DNA of 61,459 bases, the filler included. It is 4 parts of 4 records of this genome, joined end to end, with 100 filler letters (N's around TTAATTAATTAA, not from the genome) between each part and the next. Parts side by side here need not be neighbours in the genome. Positions count along the whole stretch, not along the records: positions 44,325 to 56,142 come from DRR378314_938; 3 more parts are not named here. One strand, given 5' to 3'. Positions within the stretch are counted from its first letter, which is position 1. The number at the start of each line of letters is the position of its first letter. Positions 44,617 through 53,950 of the stretch are shown piece by piece. The translations under genes and the position numbers were made by a program. The notes under the pieces were generated by a model that worked only from the letters and a program-made list of their open reading frames with translations, did not search any database and had not been told where the DNA came from.

Positions 44617-45165
44617 ATGTCAGTAAAAATTAGATTACAAAGACACGGTAAAAAAGGAAAACCATTTTATTCAATCGTTGCAGCTGATGCACGTTCTAAA
44701 AGAGATGGTAAATTTTTAGAAAAATTAGGAACTTATAATCCTAACGTTAACCCAGCAATCATTGAATTAGATGTTGATGGAGCTGTAAAATGGTTACAAA
44801 ACGGAGCGCAACCTACAGATACTGCTAGAGCAATATTATCTTATAAAGGAGCAATGTTAAAAAATCATTTAGCTGGTGGAGTTCGTAAAGGAGCTTTAAC
44901 TGAAGAGCAAGCGGAAGCAAAATTTACTGCTTGGTTAGAAGAAAAAACAGGTAAAGTAACTGCAAAAGAAGAAGGTTTAGCAAAAGCAGGTGCAGAAGCA
45001 AAAGCAAAAGCTTTAGAAGCTGAAAAAGCTGTAAATGAAGCTAGAGCTAATGCAGCAAAAGAAGCAGAAGCAGCTTTAGAAGCAGAAAAAGCAGCAGCAG
45101 AAGCTGAGGCAGCAGCAACTGAAGAGGTTGCAGAAGAAACTACTGAAGAGAATACTGCAGAGTAA
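44617..45165 (+). CDS. rpsP: 30S ribosomal protein S16 with Ala/Glu/Lys-rich C-terminal tail
   Basis: Motifs MSVKIRLQRHGKKGKPFY, RDGKFLEKLGTYNP and WLQNGAQPTDT; true start at 44617. Confidence 0.97.
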   Translation: MSVKIRLQRHGKKGKPFYSIVAADARSKRDGKFLEKLGTYNPNVNPAIIELDVDGAVKWLQNGAQPTDTARAILSYKGAMLKNHLAGGVRKGALTEEQAEAKFTAWLEEKTGKVTAKEEGLAKAGAEAKAKALEAEKAVNEARANAAKEAEAALEAEKAAAEAEAAATEEVAEETTEENTAE

Positions 45166-45182
45166 TTCAAAATTCTACGAAG

Positions 45183-45716
45183 ATGCGTAAAGAAGATTGT
45201 TTTTATTTAGGCAAGATCGTTAGAAAACATAGTTTTAAGGGAGAGGTTGTTATCAAGTTAGATACAGATGAACCCGAATTATATCAAGGAATGGAATCAA
45301 TTTTTGTCGACTTAGGCAATAATCTGATTCCATTTTTTATTGAAAAAAGTTTACTTCAAAAAGGGAACCAACTTCGAGTACAATTTGAAGATATGTATAC
45401 CGAGGAAGAAGCTGATTCTATTTTAAAATCTGATGTGTATTTGCCTTTAGATTTATTGCCAAAACTAAGTGGTGACAAATTTTATTTTCATGAAATAATT
45501 GGGTTTAAAATGGTTGATACTCGTTATGGTTTAGTTGGTACCATAGATGGTGTTAATGATAAAACTGCTCAACCATTATTTGAGGTTACTAATGGAGATA
45601 AAGAAATATTTATCCCTATGATTGATAACTTTATCAAAAAAGTAGATAGAAAGAATAGTACAATAGAAGTAGAAACTCCTGTGGGATTAATAGAGTTATA
45701 TTTAGAAGATTCTTAA
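45183..45716 (+). CDS. rimM: Ribosome maturation factor RimM
   Basis: Motifs GKIVRKHSFKGEV, FYFHEIIG and IFIP; follows rpsP. Confidence 0.95.
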   Translation: MRKEDCFYLGKIVRKHSFKGEVVIKLDTDEPELYQGMESIFVDLGNNLIPFFIEKSLLQKGNQLRVQFEDMYTEEEADSILKSDVYLPLDLLPKLSGDKFYFHEIIGFKMVDTRYGLVGTIDGVNDKTAQPLFEVTNGDKEIFIPMIDNFIKKVDRKNSTIEVETPVGLIELYLEDS

Positions 45717-45730
45717 TAAAAAACACTACT

Positions 45731-46456
45731 ATCAAGTCTAAACCTTTTCAATTTAAAGAATTTACAATTCATCAAGATAAAACAGCAATGAAAGTTGGTA
45801 CTGATGCTGTCTTACTTGGAGCATGGGTTTCTGATTTTAATTTTTCAGAGACAATATTAGATGTTGGAGCAGGTTCTGGTGTCATCTCTTTAATGATGGC
45901 TCAGCGTTTTGATGCTATGACTATTGACGCTGTTGAGATAGATGAGCAAGCATATGAACAGTGTGTGGAGAATTTTGAAAATTCTGATTGGGGAGATCGC
46001 CTTTTTTGTTATAATGCATCATTTGAAGAATTTGCAAATGAATTAGAGGAAGAAGAAGAACAGTATGATTTAATTATTTCTAATCCACCATTTTATAACG
46101 ATACTTTTGAAACAGAAGATGCTTCTAGAAATAAAGCAAGATTTACTTCTTCATTGTCTTTTAATAATCTAATTTCTGGTGTTGCCAAGTTGTTGTCAGA
46201 AAAAGGTTTTTTTTCTGTTATTATACCTTATAAAGAAGAAAAAAGTTTTATTGCAGTAGCAGCAGAAAAACAATTACATTTAGTTAAAGTTTGTAGAGTT
46301 AGAGGTAATGTTACATCAGAAATTAAAAGAAGTTTAATGACATTTTCTTTTGAAAGAGAAGAATTAGAAGAAGAGGAATTGATTATTGAAATTGAGCGTC
46401 ATAGGTATACAGAGGAGTATATCAATCTTACTAAAAACTTTTACATAAAAATGTAA
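45731..46456 (+). CDS. yfiC: tRNA1(Val) (adenine(37)-N6)-methyltransferase
   Basis: Motifs MKVGTDAVLLGAW, LDVGAGSG and SNPPFY. The first ATG is 45788, but the family-typical FQFK.F...QD segment is encoded in frame upstream, so ATC 45731 is the proposed start. Confidence 0.88.
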   Translation: MKSKPFQFKEFTIHQDKTAMKVGTDAVLLGAWVSDFNFSETILDVGAGSGVISLMMAQRFDAMTIDAVEIDEQAYEQCVENFENSDWGDRLFCYNASFEEFANELEEEEEQYDLIISNPPFYNDTFETEDASRNKARFTSSLSFNNLISGVAKLLSEKGFFSVIIPYKEEKSFIAVAAEKQLHLVKVCRVRGNVTSEIKRSLMTFSFEREELEEEELIIEIERHRYTEEYINLTKNFYIKM

Positions 46457-46462
46457 AAAGTA

Positions 46463-46494
46463 AATGCGATTTCAAATTTCTCTGAAACCGCATT
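46463..46494. terminator. Probable bidirectional terminator between convergent genes
   Basis: AATGCGATTTCA / TGAAACCGCATT inverted repeat with one mismatch. Confidence 0.55.
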
Positions 46495-46528
46495 ATTACT
46501 ACTCCCTAAATTTTTAGTTTTAAATAGA

Positions 46529-47899
46529 TTATCCGTTTACATTGTCTGGATTATAACCTAAATAAGGAACATCTTTTTCCTTAAAAATGATTCCGTAATT
46601 TTCTAATTCTTTTAAAATTGGTGTATAAACCTCTTTTGTAATTGGTCTTTGGACACCAGGGGTTTTTATTTCTTTATTTAAAATCTTTAAAGCAGCAATT
46701 GCAACTGGTAGCCCAACAGTTTTGGCCATTGCTGTATATGTTTGGTTTTCGCCAATAGAAACCATGCTGCTTTCAATTTGATGTTTTTTACCGTTGAGAG
46801 AGTATCCAAACTTATGGTGCATTACTATCATGTCTTTGTCATCTTGCTCTAAAGTCCATTTATCAGATAATATTTTTTGTAAAATTTGGGCTGGAGTTGC
46901 ATTTTCTAATCCAACTTTTTTATTTGGATTAAAAATATCTAATTCAATTAGTTTACCCCACATAATATCATCTTGATCAATCTTAAGGTAAGAGCGTAGC
47001 TTTAATTCTACAGAGTCAGTTGGGCTATACGCTAAAAAGAGGTTTGTGAAATCTCTATAACTCATTTCTTTAGAATTTTCAATAGTATAAGTATCGTCTG
47101 TCATACCTAATTGTATAAAGGTATTCCAGGCTCTAGAAAAACCAATTTTTCTAATAGTTCCTCTGTACATGGTTTTGATGTTTTCTAGTCCGTAAATACT
47201 TCTGTATTTTAAAGAATCTCTATTAGCGTAAGCTTCGAAATTCCCGCTACCATTTATTTGTAAAAATTCTGTTCTTCTAAAAAGTTTATGGTAAGGTATG
47301 TATTTGTAAGTCCCTTCTTGAATAAACATTGCAGCTCCTCCTTGCCCAGCAGTAACAACATTTCTGGGGTTCCAAGTAAACTTGTAATTCCATAAATTAT
47401 TGTCACTTTCAGGAGCAACTAAGCCACCTGTAAAAGATTCAAAAAGCAACATTTCTCCACCCTTATCGTGGATTTCATCTATTACTTTCATAGCACTCAT
47501 ATGGTCTATACCAGGATCTACACCAATTTCATTCATAAATACAAGTCCTTTGTCTTTAGCCTTTTCATCTAAAGCTAGCATTTCATCAGAAATATAAGAA
47601 GCAGTAACCATGTTTTTATTAAAAGTAATGCAATCTTTTGCTACTTCTAAATGAAACCTAGCAGGAAGCATAGAAATAACAATATCTGCATTTTTAATAG
47701 CATTTTCTCTTTCTTCTGAAATGAAAACATCTAGTTTAATTGCAGATGCATTGGGATGGTTTTCTATTTTGCTTTCTGCATCAGCAATAGAAATATCACC
47801 TACAATTATTTGAAGTTTTTCTTCAGTTGATTTATCTAAAAGATATTTTATTAAAGACGCGCTAGATCTTCCAGCACCTATAATTAAAATGTTTCGCAT
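46529..47899 (-). CDS. Saccharopine dehydrogenase family protein
   Basis: Motifs IIGAG, TASY, NEIGVDPGIDHMSA, YKFTWNP, EAYANRDS, RGTIR and TAMAKTVG. Confidence 0.93.
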   Translation of the reverse strand: MRNILIIGAGRSSASLIKYLLDKSTEEKLQIIVGDISIADAESKIENHPNASAIKLDVFISEERENAIKNADIVISMLPARFHLEVAKDCITFNKNMVTASYISDEMLALDEKAKDKGLVFMNEIGVDPGIDHMSAMKVIDEIHDKGGEMLLFESFTGGLVAPESDNNLWNYKFTWNPRNVVTAGQGGAAMFIQEGTYKYIPYHKLFRRTEFLQINGSGNFEAYANRDSLKYRSIYGLENIKTMYRGTIRKIGFSRAWNTFIQLGMTDDTYTIENSKEMSYRDFTNLFLAYSPTDSVELKLRSYLKIDQDDIMWGKLIELDIFNPNKKVGLENATPAQILQKILSDKWTLEQDDKDMIVMHHKFGYSLNGKKHQIESSMVSIGENQTYTAMAKTVGLPVAIAALKILNKEIKTPGVQRPITKEVYTPILKELENYGIIFKEKDVPYLGYNPDNVNG

Positions 47900-48007
47900 T
47901 TGTCTTTTTATAATTATTTTTACCTAGTTATGTATTGGCAATTTTTAATGATAGCTAAAATACACAAATCATTTAAAAAAGTTTAAAATAAAACAAAATT
48001 CGTAAAT

Positions 48008-48385
48008 ATGTTTAAAAATTTAACAATTAGCTCGTTATTAGGAATGTTGGCTGTGATTTTAGGAGCTTTTGGAGCACACTCATTAAAAAATACACTTACA
48101 ATAGATCAATTACAAAGCTTTGAGACTGCTGTTCGTTACCAAATGTATCATGTAATTATTTTGCTATTTGTAAATATTTATAGTGGTTTTTCTGGTGCAC
48201 AAAAAAACAAAATAAGTTACCTATTCTTTTTGGGGATATTATTTTTTTCGGGGTCAATTTATCTGATTCAGTTAACAAGTATAAGAGCAAAATCTATTTG
48301 GTTTATTACGCCGTTAGGTGGTTTACTTTTAGTTTTGGGATGGATTGTTATGATCATTTATTTTGCAAGAAGAAATAAACAATAA
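48008..48385 (+). CDS. DUF423 (YgdD/TMEM256) membrane protein
   Basis: Motifs GAFGAH, TAVRYQMYH, FSGSIY and ITPLGG. Confidence 0.92.
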   Translation: MFKNLTISSLLGMLAVILGAFGAHSLKNTLTIDQLQSFETAVRYQMYHVIILLFVNIYSGFSGAQKNKISYLFFLGILFFSGSIYLIQLTSIRAKSIWFITPLGGLLLVLGWIVMIIYFARRNKQ

Positions 48386-48433
48386 ATAGTTGATAAATTA
48401 AGAAATAAAATGTCGATGTGTAAAAATATTCTG

Positions 48434-48441
48434 TACTTTTG
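48434..48441 (+). promoter_or_regulatory. Bacteroidota -7 promoter element of pckA
   Basis: TACTTTTG matches TAnnTTTG, about 50 nt upstream of the ATG. Confidence 0.6.
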
Positions 48442-48489
48442 CTGTTTATTATTTAACACAACTAAATAAAAACCACTAAAATTATAATA

Positions 48490-50091
48490 ATGGTAAATCT
48501 AGATTCGAAATCGATTTCGTTAGAAAATTTAGGAATTAAAAATGCAACAGTTCGTTACAATTTAACTTCTGATGAATTGCATGCAACAACAATTGAAAAA
48601 GGGCAAGGAGTAGAAGCAAACTCAGGTGCATTAGCAGTTAATACAGGTGAGTTTACTGGTAGATCTCCAATGGATCGCTTTATAGTAAAAGATGACATCA
48701 CAAAAGATGAAGTATGGTGGGGAGATATTAATTTACCCTTTGACGCAGATAAGTTTGATAAATTATATGATAAAGTAACTAACTACTTATCAGAAAAAGA
48801 AATATTTGTAAGAGACAGTTATGCATGTGCAGATGAGAACTATAAATTAAATATTAGAGTTGTAAATGAGTATCCATGGAGCAATATGTTTGCTCACAAT
48901 ATGTTTTTAAGACCAACTGCAGAAGAATTGAAATCTTTTTCTCCAGAATGGACAGTAATAAATGCACCAGGTTTTATGGCTGATGCTGAAATTGATGGAA
49001 CACGTCAACATAATTTTGCGATATTAAATTTCTCTAAAAAAGTAGCTTTAATAGGCGGTACTGGGTATACAGGTGAAATTAAAAAAGGAATTTTTTCTGC
49101 TTTAAATTTTATTTTACCAGTAGATAAAAATACGTTGCCAATGCACTGTTCTGCAAATGTTGGAAAAGATGGAGATACAGCAATTTTCTTCGGATTATCA
49201 GGAACAGGTAAAACGACTTTATCAGCAGATCCTGCTAGAAAATTAATTGGAGATGATGAACATGGTTGGACCAATGAAAATACAGTTTTTAATTTTGAAG
49301 GAGGATGTTACGCTAAAGTAATTGACTTAACTGAAGAAAAAGAACCAGACATTTTTAAAGCGATTAAAAAAGGTGCAATATTAGAAAATGTTGTGTTTAA
49401 AGACAACGGAGATGTAGATTTTGAAGATACTTCTATTACTCAAAATACACGTGTAAGTTACCCAATTTATCATATAGATAATATTCAAGAAGGTTCTATT
49501 GGGAAAAACCCAAAAAACATCTTTTTCTTAACTGCAGATGCCTTTGGAGTATTACCTCCAATATCTAAATTAACACCAGGTCAAGCGGCTTATCACTTTA
49601 TTTCTGGTTATACAGCAAAAGTAGCTGGTACGGAAGCAGGAGTAACAGAACCTCAACCAAGTTTTTCTGCATGTTTTGGGGCACCTTTTATGCCTTTGCA
49701 TCCAACACGTTATGCAGAAATGTTGAGTAAAAAAATGCAAGAAGCAGGTGTAACTGTTTGGTTAGTTAATACTGGATGGACTGGTGGGCCTTATGGAGTA
49801 GGATCTAGAATGAAATTAAAATATACAAGAGCAATGATTACTGCTGCAATGGACGGTAGTTTGGAGGCAGCAAATAAAGATAATTACCACGTGCATTCTG
49901 TATTTGGTTTAGCTCAGCCTAGAACTTGCCCTAATGTTCCAACAGAAGTTTTAAGTCCTAGGAAATCTTGGAATAATGATGAAGGATATTATAAAACTGC
50001 TCAAAAATTAGCAGATTCATTTAAAGACAATTTTAAAGCATTTGAAGAATACGCAAATGAAGATATTTTGGCTGGTGGACCATTAGTTTAA
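48490..50091 (+). CDS. pckA: Phosphoenolpyruvate carboxykinase (ATP)
   Basis: Motifs TGRSP, YTGEIKK, MHCSAN, GLSGTGKTT, IGDDEHGW and NFEGGCYAK. Confidence 0.97.
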   Translation: MVNLDSKSISLENLGIKNATVRYNLTSDELHATTIEKGQGVEANSGALAVNTGEFTGRSPMDRFIVKDDITKDEVWWGDINLPFDADKFDKLYDKVTNYLSEKEIFVRDSYACADENYKLNIRVVNEYPWSNMFAHNMFLRPTAEELKSFSPEWTVINAPGFMADAEIDGTRQHNFAILNFSKKVALIGGTGYTGEIKKGIFSALNFILPVDKNTLPMHCSANVGKDGDTAIFFGLSGTGKTTLSADPARKLIGDDEHGWTNENTVFNFEGGCYAKVIDLTEEKEPDIFKAIKKGAILENVVFKDNGDVDFEDTSITQNTRVSYPIYHIDNIQEGSIGKNPKNIFFLTADAFGVLPPISKLTPGQAAYHFISGYTAKVAGTEAGVTEPQPSFSACFGAPFMPLHPTRYAEMLSKKMQEAGVTVWLVNTGWTGGPYGVGSRMKLKYTRAMITAAMDGSLEAANKDNYHVHSVFGLAQPRTCPNVPTEVLSPRKSWNNDEGYYKTAQKLADSFKDNFKAFEEYANEDILAGGPLV

Positions 50092-50107
50092 TTAGTCAAT
50101 AAAAAGT

Positions 50108-50138
50108 AAAAAAGCGTCTCTATAGAGACGCTTTTTTT
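50108..50138 (+). terminator. Rho-independent terminator of pckA
   Basis: AAAAAA-GCGTCTC-TATA-GAGACGC-TTTTTTT. Confidence 0.9.
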
Positions 50139-50186
50139 GTTGAATATTTTCCCTAAATTTAAAGAATCAATATTCAAAAAATCAAT

Positions 50187-51295
50187 ATGAAATATTTTTA
50201 TAGTTTATTTACAATTCTATTGTTTTTATCTTGTAATCAAGATAAAGAAACAAAGATAACTCATAGTTTTCAGCAAGATGAAATAAATATCCCGGTTTTA
50301 AATTTAGAACAAGCTAACAGATTGATGAGTTAGCCATTACATTGCATAGAAATAGAATATCCTAATAAACTAAATCAAACATTAGGGAGCGGAAAAGACT
50401 TAAAATCACCAAAAGAATTGCACCCAACTTTTTATGGTTGTTTTGATTGGCATTCTTCTGTGCATGGGCATTGGAGTTTAGTTGCACTGTTAAAAAAGTT
50501 TCCAAATATAGAAAGCGCTGCTGAAGCTAGAGCAAAATTGAAAAGAAGTATTACAAAAGAGAATATATTAATTGAAGTTGAATATTTTAAAGGAAAATAC
50601 AATTCTAGTTACGAAAGGACTTATGGTTGGGCCTGGTTATTAAAACTTGCAGAAGAATTACACACGTGGAATGATGAATTAGCGAAGGAATTAGAAGAAA
50701 ATCTACAACCATTAACAGATTTAATTGTTGATAAGTATAAAGATTTTTTACCTAAATTAAAATACCCAATTCGTACAGGAGAACATACCAATACGGCTTT
50801 TGGATTAACATTTGCTTGGGATTATTCGAACACCCTTGGTGATGAAGAATTAAAAAAATCATAGATAATCGAGCTAAAGACTTTTATTTGAATGATCAAA
50901 ACTGTCCCTTGTCTTGGGAGCCAAGTGGTTTTGATTTTTTGTCTCCATGTTTACAAGAAGCTGCAATGATGAAACGAGTATTAACTACTAAAGAGTTTTT
51001 AAGTTGGTTAGATGCTTTTTTACCTCAATTAAAAGACAAAGATTTTTCACTTTCTGTTGGAGAAGTTTCTGATAGAACTGATGGTAAGTTGGTACACTTG
51101 GATGGTGTAAATTTTTCTAGAGCTTGGGCACTAAATAAAATCATTAAAGGATTGCCAGCATATAAACACCTAAAGAAAAATGCTTTTGAACATATAAATT
51201 ATTCGCTACCAAATGTAGTTGGAGATAGTTACGAAGGTGGCCATTGGTTGGGTAGTTTTGCAGTGTATGCATTAAAATCTATAAATAATGATTAA
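50187..51295 (+). pseudogene. DUF2891 family lipoprotein, disrupted by a nonsense codon and a frameshift
   Basis: ATG 50187 with lipobox LSC; in-frame TAG at 50331-50333; a missing base in the A7 run at 50852-50858. Motifs EYPNK, HP.FYGCFDWHSSVHGHW, YERTYGWAW, GEHTNTAF, EPSG.DFLSP, HLDG.NFSRAW and Y.G.HWL. Confidence 0.85.
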
Positions 51296-52520
51296 GAAAT
51301 TATTTAAAAATATTGGCCCAGGAACTCTTGTTGCAGCAGCGTTTATAGGCCCAGGAACAGTTACACTATGTACTGTTGCAGGAGTAAACTTTGGTTTTAA
51401 TTTATTATGGGCAATGGTGTTGTCTATAGTTGCAACAATTGTTTTACAAGAAATGGCTGCACGTTTAGGAATAATCTCTCAAAAAGGGTTGTCGGAAGTA
51501 ATAAAATCTGAAATTAAAAATCCACTCATTAATAAATTTATGATGGTTTTAATTTTATCTGCAATTGTGGTTGGAAACGCATCTTATGAAGCTGGTAATA
51601 TAAGTGGAGGAATATTAGGATTAGAAACAGTTTTTGGTCAATTTGTTTTTGATGTTTTTGGAGTTTCTGTAAATGGAATGAGTTTAGTAATTGGAATCAT
51701 CGCTTTTATTTTATTATATATCGGAAACTATAAATTTTTTGAGAAAGCATTAATTACATTAGTACTTCTAATGAGTGTATCATTTATCATGTCAGCCATT
51801 ATTACAAAACCTAATTTGATTGAAATATTTAAAGGAGCATTTGTTCCTAAGTTTCCTAATGGAAGTATATTGACTGTTATTGGATTGATTGGAACAACAG
51901 TTGTGCCTTATAACTTATTTTTGCATGCTTCTTTAGTTAAGGAAAAGTGGAATGAAAAAGATGATTTAAAATCAGCAAGAAAAGACACCGTAGTTTCAAT
52001 TATATTAGGTGGTTTGGTTTCTATGGCGATTATCATTTCTGCAGCTTCAATTTCTACAGGAGAAGTTTCTAACGGTTCAGATTTGGCAAAAAGTTTAGCG
52101 CCTCTATATGGCGATTTTGCAAAATATTTCTTAGCAATTGGACTGTTTTCTGCCGGAATCACATCAGCAATTACAGCACCTTTAGCAGCTGCTTATGTTG
52201 CAAAAGGATGTTTTGGATGGCAAGGAAATTTACAATCTAAAAAATTTAGAAGCGTTTGGATTTTTATTCTTCTTTTAGGTGTGATTTTTTCTTCTATTGG
52301 AATTAAACCAATTGAAATTATCAAGTTTGCACAAGTTGCTAACGGAATTTTATTACCAGTTATTGCTGGAGTACTGTTGTGGGTAGTAAACAAAAAAGTT
52401 GTTCTTGGAAACTATGTAAATTCTATGATTCAAAACATTCTTGGATTTGCAATTTTATTAATTGCAATTTTCTTAGGATTGAAAGGGGTTTTTAAAGTGT
52501 TTGGAATACATCTTATATAA
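51288..52520 (+). CDS. NRAMP-superfamily transporter (YcsG-like)
   Basis: Motifs GPGTLVAAAFIGPGT, LQEMAARLG and IGTTVVPYNLFLH; multiple TM segments. Confidence 0.88.
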   Translation: MIKKLFKNIGPGTLVAAAFIGPGTVTLCTVAGVNFGFNLLWAMVLSIVATIVLQEMAARLGIISQKGLSEVIKSEIKNPLINKFMMVLILSAIVVGNASYEAGNISGGILGLETVFGQFVFDVFGVSVNGMSLVIGIIAFILLYIGNYKFFEKALITLVLLMSVSFIMSAIITKPNLIEIFKGAFVPKFPNGSILTVIGLIGTTVVPYNLFLHASLVKEKWNEKDDLKSARKDTVVSIILGGLVSMAIIISAASISTGEVSNGSDLAKSLAPLYGDFAKYFLAIGLFSAGITSAITAPLAAAYVAKGCFGWQGNLQSKKFRSVWIFILLLGVIFSSIGIKPIEIIKFAQVANGILLPVIAGVLLWVVNKKVVLGNYVNSMIQNILGFAILLIAIFLGLKGVFKVFGIHLI

Positions 52521-53233
52521 TGATTGATATTAACTGTGACGTAGGTGAGGGTCTTCAAAATGAATCGGTAATAATGCCATTCATTTCATCTTGTAATATT
52601 GCTTGTGGAGCACATGCAGGGAATATTGAAACAATGGATAATTTGATAAAATTAGCTTTACAAAATAATGTGTTAATTGGAGCACATCCTTCTTTTCCTG
52701 ATAAAGAAAACTTTGGCAGAAAAATCATGGATATTCCTAACGAAATTTTACAAAAAAGTATTGAAGATCAATTACAATTGTTTAAAATAAGAGCTAATTT
52801 ACAAAAAGCAGAGATTCATCATGTAAAACCTCATGGAGCTTTGTATAATTTAATAGCAATTGATACAGAAAAAGCAGCAGTTGTTGTAAATGCAATTTCT
52901 ACTGTTTTTAAAAGTATAAAATTATACGTTCCTTATAATTCTGCAATAGAAAAAATCGCAAAAGAGGCTAAGATTAAAATAGTTTACGAAGCTTTTGCAG
53001 ATCGAAATTACAATGATGATTTAACTTTAGTCTCAAGAGGTTTCCCTTATGCAGTGATTTCTGATAAAGAAAAAGTTTTGAAGCATGTAAAGAGAATGTC
53101 AGAACAATTTTTAGTGAGAACTGTACAAGACAATAATGTAATAATAAAAGCAGAAACTTTTTGTGTACATGGAGACAATAAAAATGTAGGAGAAATTTTA
53201 AGATATTTACACGAACAATTAGGTATTCAATAA
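52520..53233 (+). CDS. pxpA: 5-oxoprolinase subunit A (LamB/YcsF)
   Basis: Motifs IDINCDVGE, NIACGAHAG, GAHPSFPD, HVKPHGALYN, EAFADR and CVHGD. Confidence 0.95.
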   Translation: MIDINCDVGEGLQNESVIMPFISSCNIACGAHAGNIETMDNLIKLALQNNVLIGAHPSFPDKENFGRKIMDIPNEILQKSIEDQLQLFKIRANLQKAEIHHVKPHGALYNLIAIDTEKAAVVVNAISTVFKSIKLYVPYNSAIEKIAKEAKIKIVYEAFADRNYNDDLTLVSRGFPYAVISDKEKVLKHVKRMSEQFLVRTVQDNNVIIKAETFCVHGDNKNVGEILRYLHEQLGIQ

Positions 53234-53950
53234 TTGAAATATACAACAACATATAAACCATTTGGTAATGCTGCAATCTTAATAGAATGGCCAACTAAAA
53301 TTGAAGAATCTATTATTAATGATATTATCAATTTTGAAGACAAGTTAAATAGTACTCCAGAAATTATTGATACGATTATAACCTATAATTCGTTAACAAT
53401 TCAATATGAATATATTGAAGATTTTAATCAAATAGTTAATCAATTAAAAGAACTTTATTTAATTGATAATAAACAAAAGAAACACCCAAAAAAAGTTTGG
53501 GAAATTCCAGTTTTTTATGATGTAGAATTTGGTTTGGATTTGGTGGAGTTTGCTAAAGTTAAAGACTTGTCAATAGAACAAGTTGTTAAGTTGCATACTA
53601 AAGAACCCTACATGATTTATTTTTTAGGATTTCAGCCAGGTTTTTTATATTTAGGCGGTCTGGATGAAAAGTTATACATGCCAAGAAAAGCTACGCCAAG
53701 ATTAAGAATCCAAAAAGGAAGTGTTGGTATAGGAGGAAAGCAAACTGGAGTTTATCCATCAAATAATTCTGGAGGTTGGAATATTATTGGGAGATCTCCC
53801 ATTGATTTTTTTAATATTGAAAATAATCCTTCTTGTTTTGCAAAAGCAGGAGATCGAATTCAGTTTTTCTCAATTGATAAAAATCAATATCACCAAATAG
53901 AAGAAGAGGTGAATAATGGAATATATGAACTTAAATTTCATCTATTTTGA
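53234..53950 (+). CDS. pxpB: 5-oxoprolinase subunit B (KipI/AHS1)
   Basis: Motifs IPVFY, GFQPGFLYL, GSVGIGG.QTGVYP and GGWNIIGR; TTG start. Confidence 0.94.
   Translation: MKYTTTYKPFGNAAILIEWPTKIEESIINDIINFEDKLNSTPEIIDTIITYNSLTIQYEYIEDFNQIVNQLKELYLIDNKQKKHPKKVWEIPVFYDVEFGLDLVEFAKVKDLSIEQVVKLHTKEPYMIYFLGFQPGFLYLGGLDEKLYMPRKATPRLRIQKGSVGIGGKQTGVYPSNNSGGWNIIGRSPIDFFNIENNPSCFAKAGDRIQFFSIDKNQYHQIEEEVNNGIYELKFHLF

Noticed and set aside
44950..45165. GCA/GAA-rich quasi-repeats at the end of rpsP
   Set aside because: Encodes the low-complexity tail commonly seen on Bacteroidota S16.
50331..50333. In-frame TAG as pyrrolysine or stop-codon recoding
   Set aside because: The same gene also has a frameshift, no other gene on the contig has internal TAGs, and no pyl machinery is visible.
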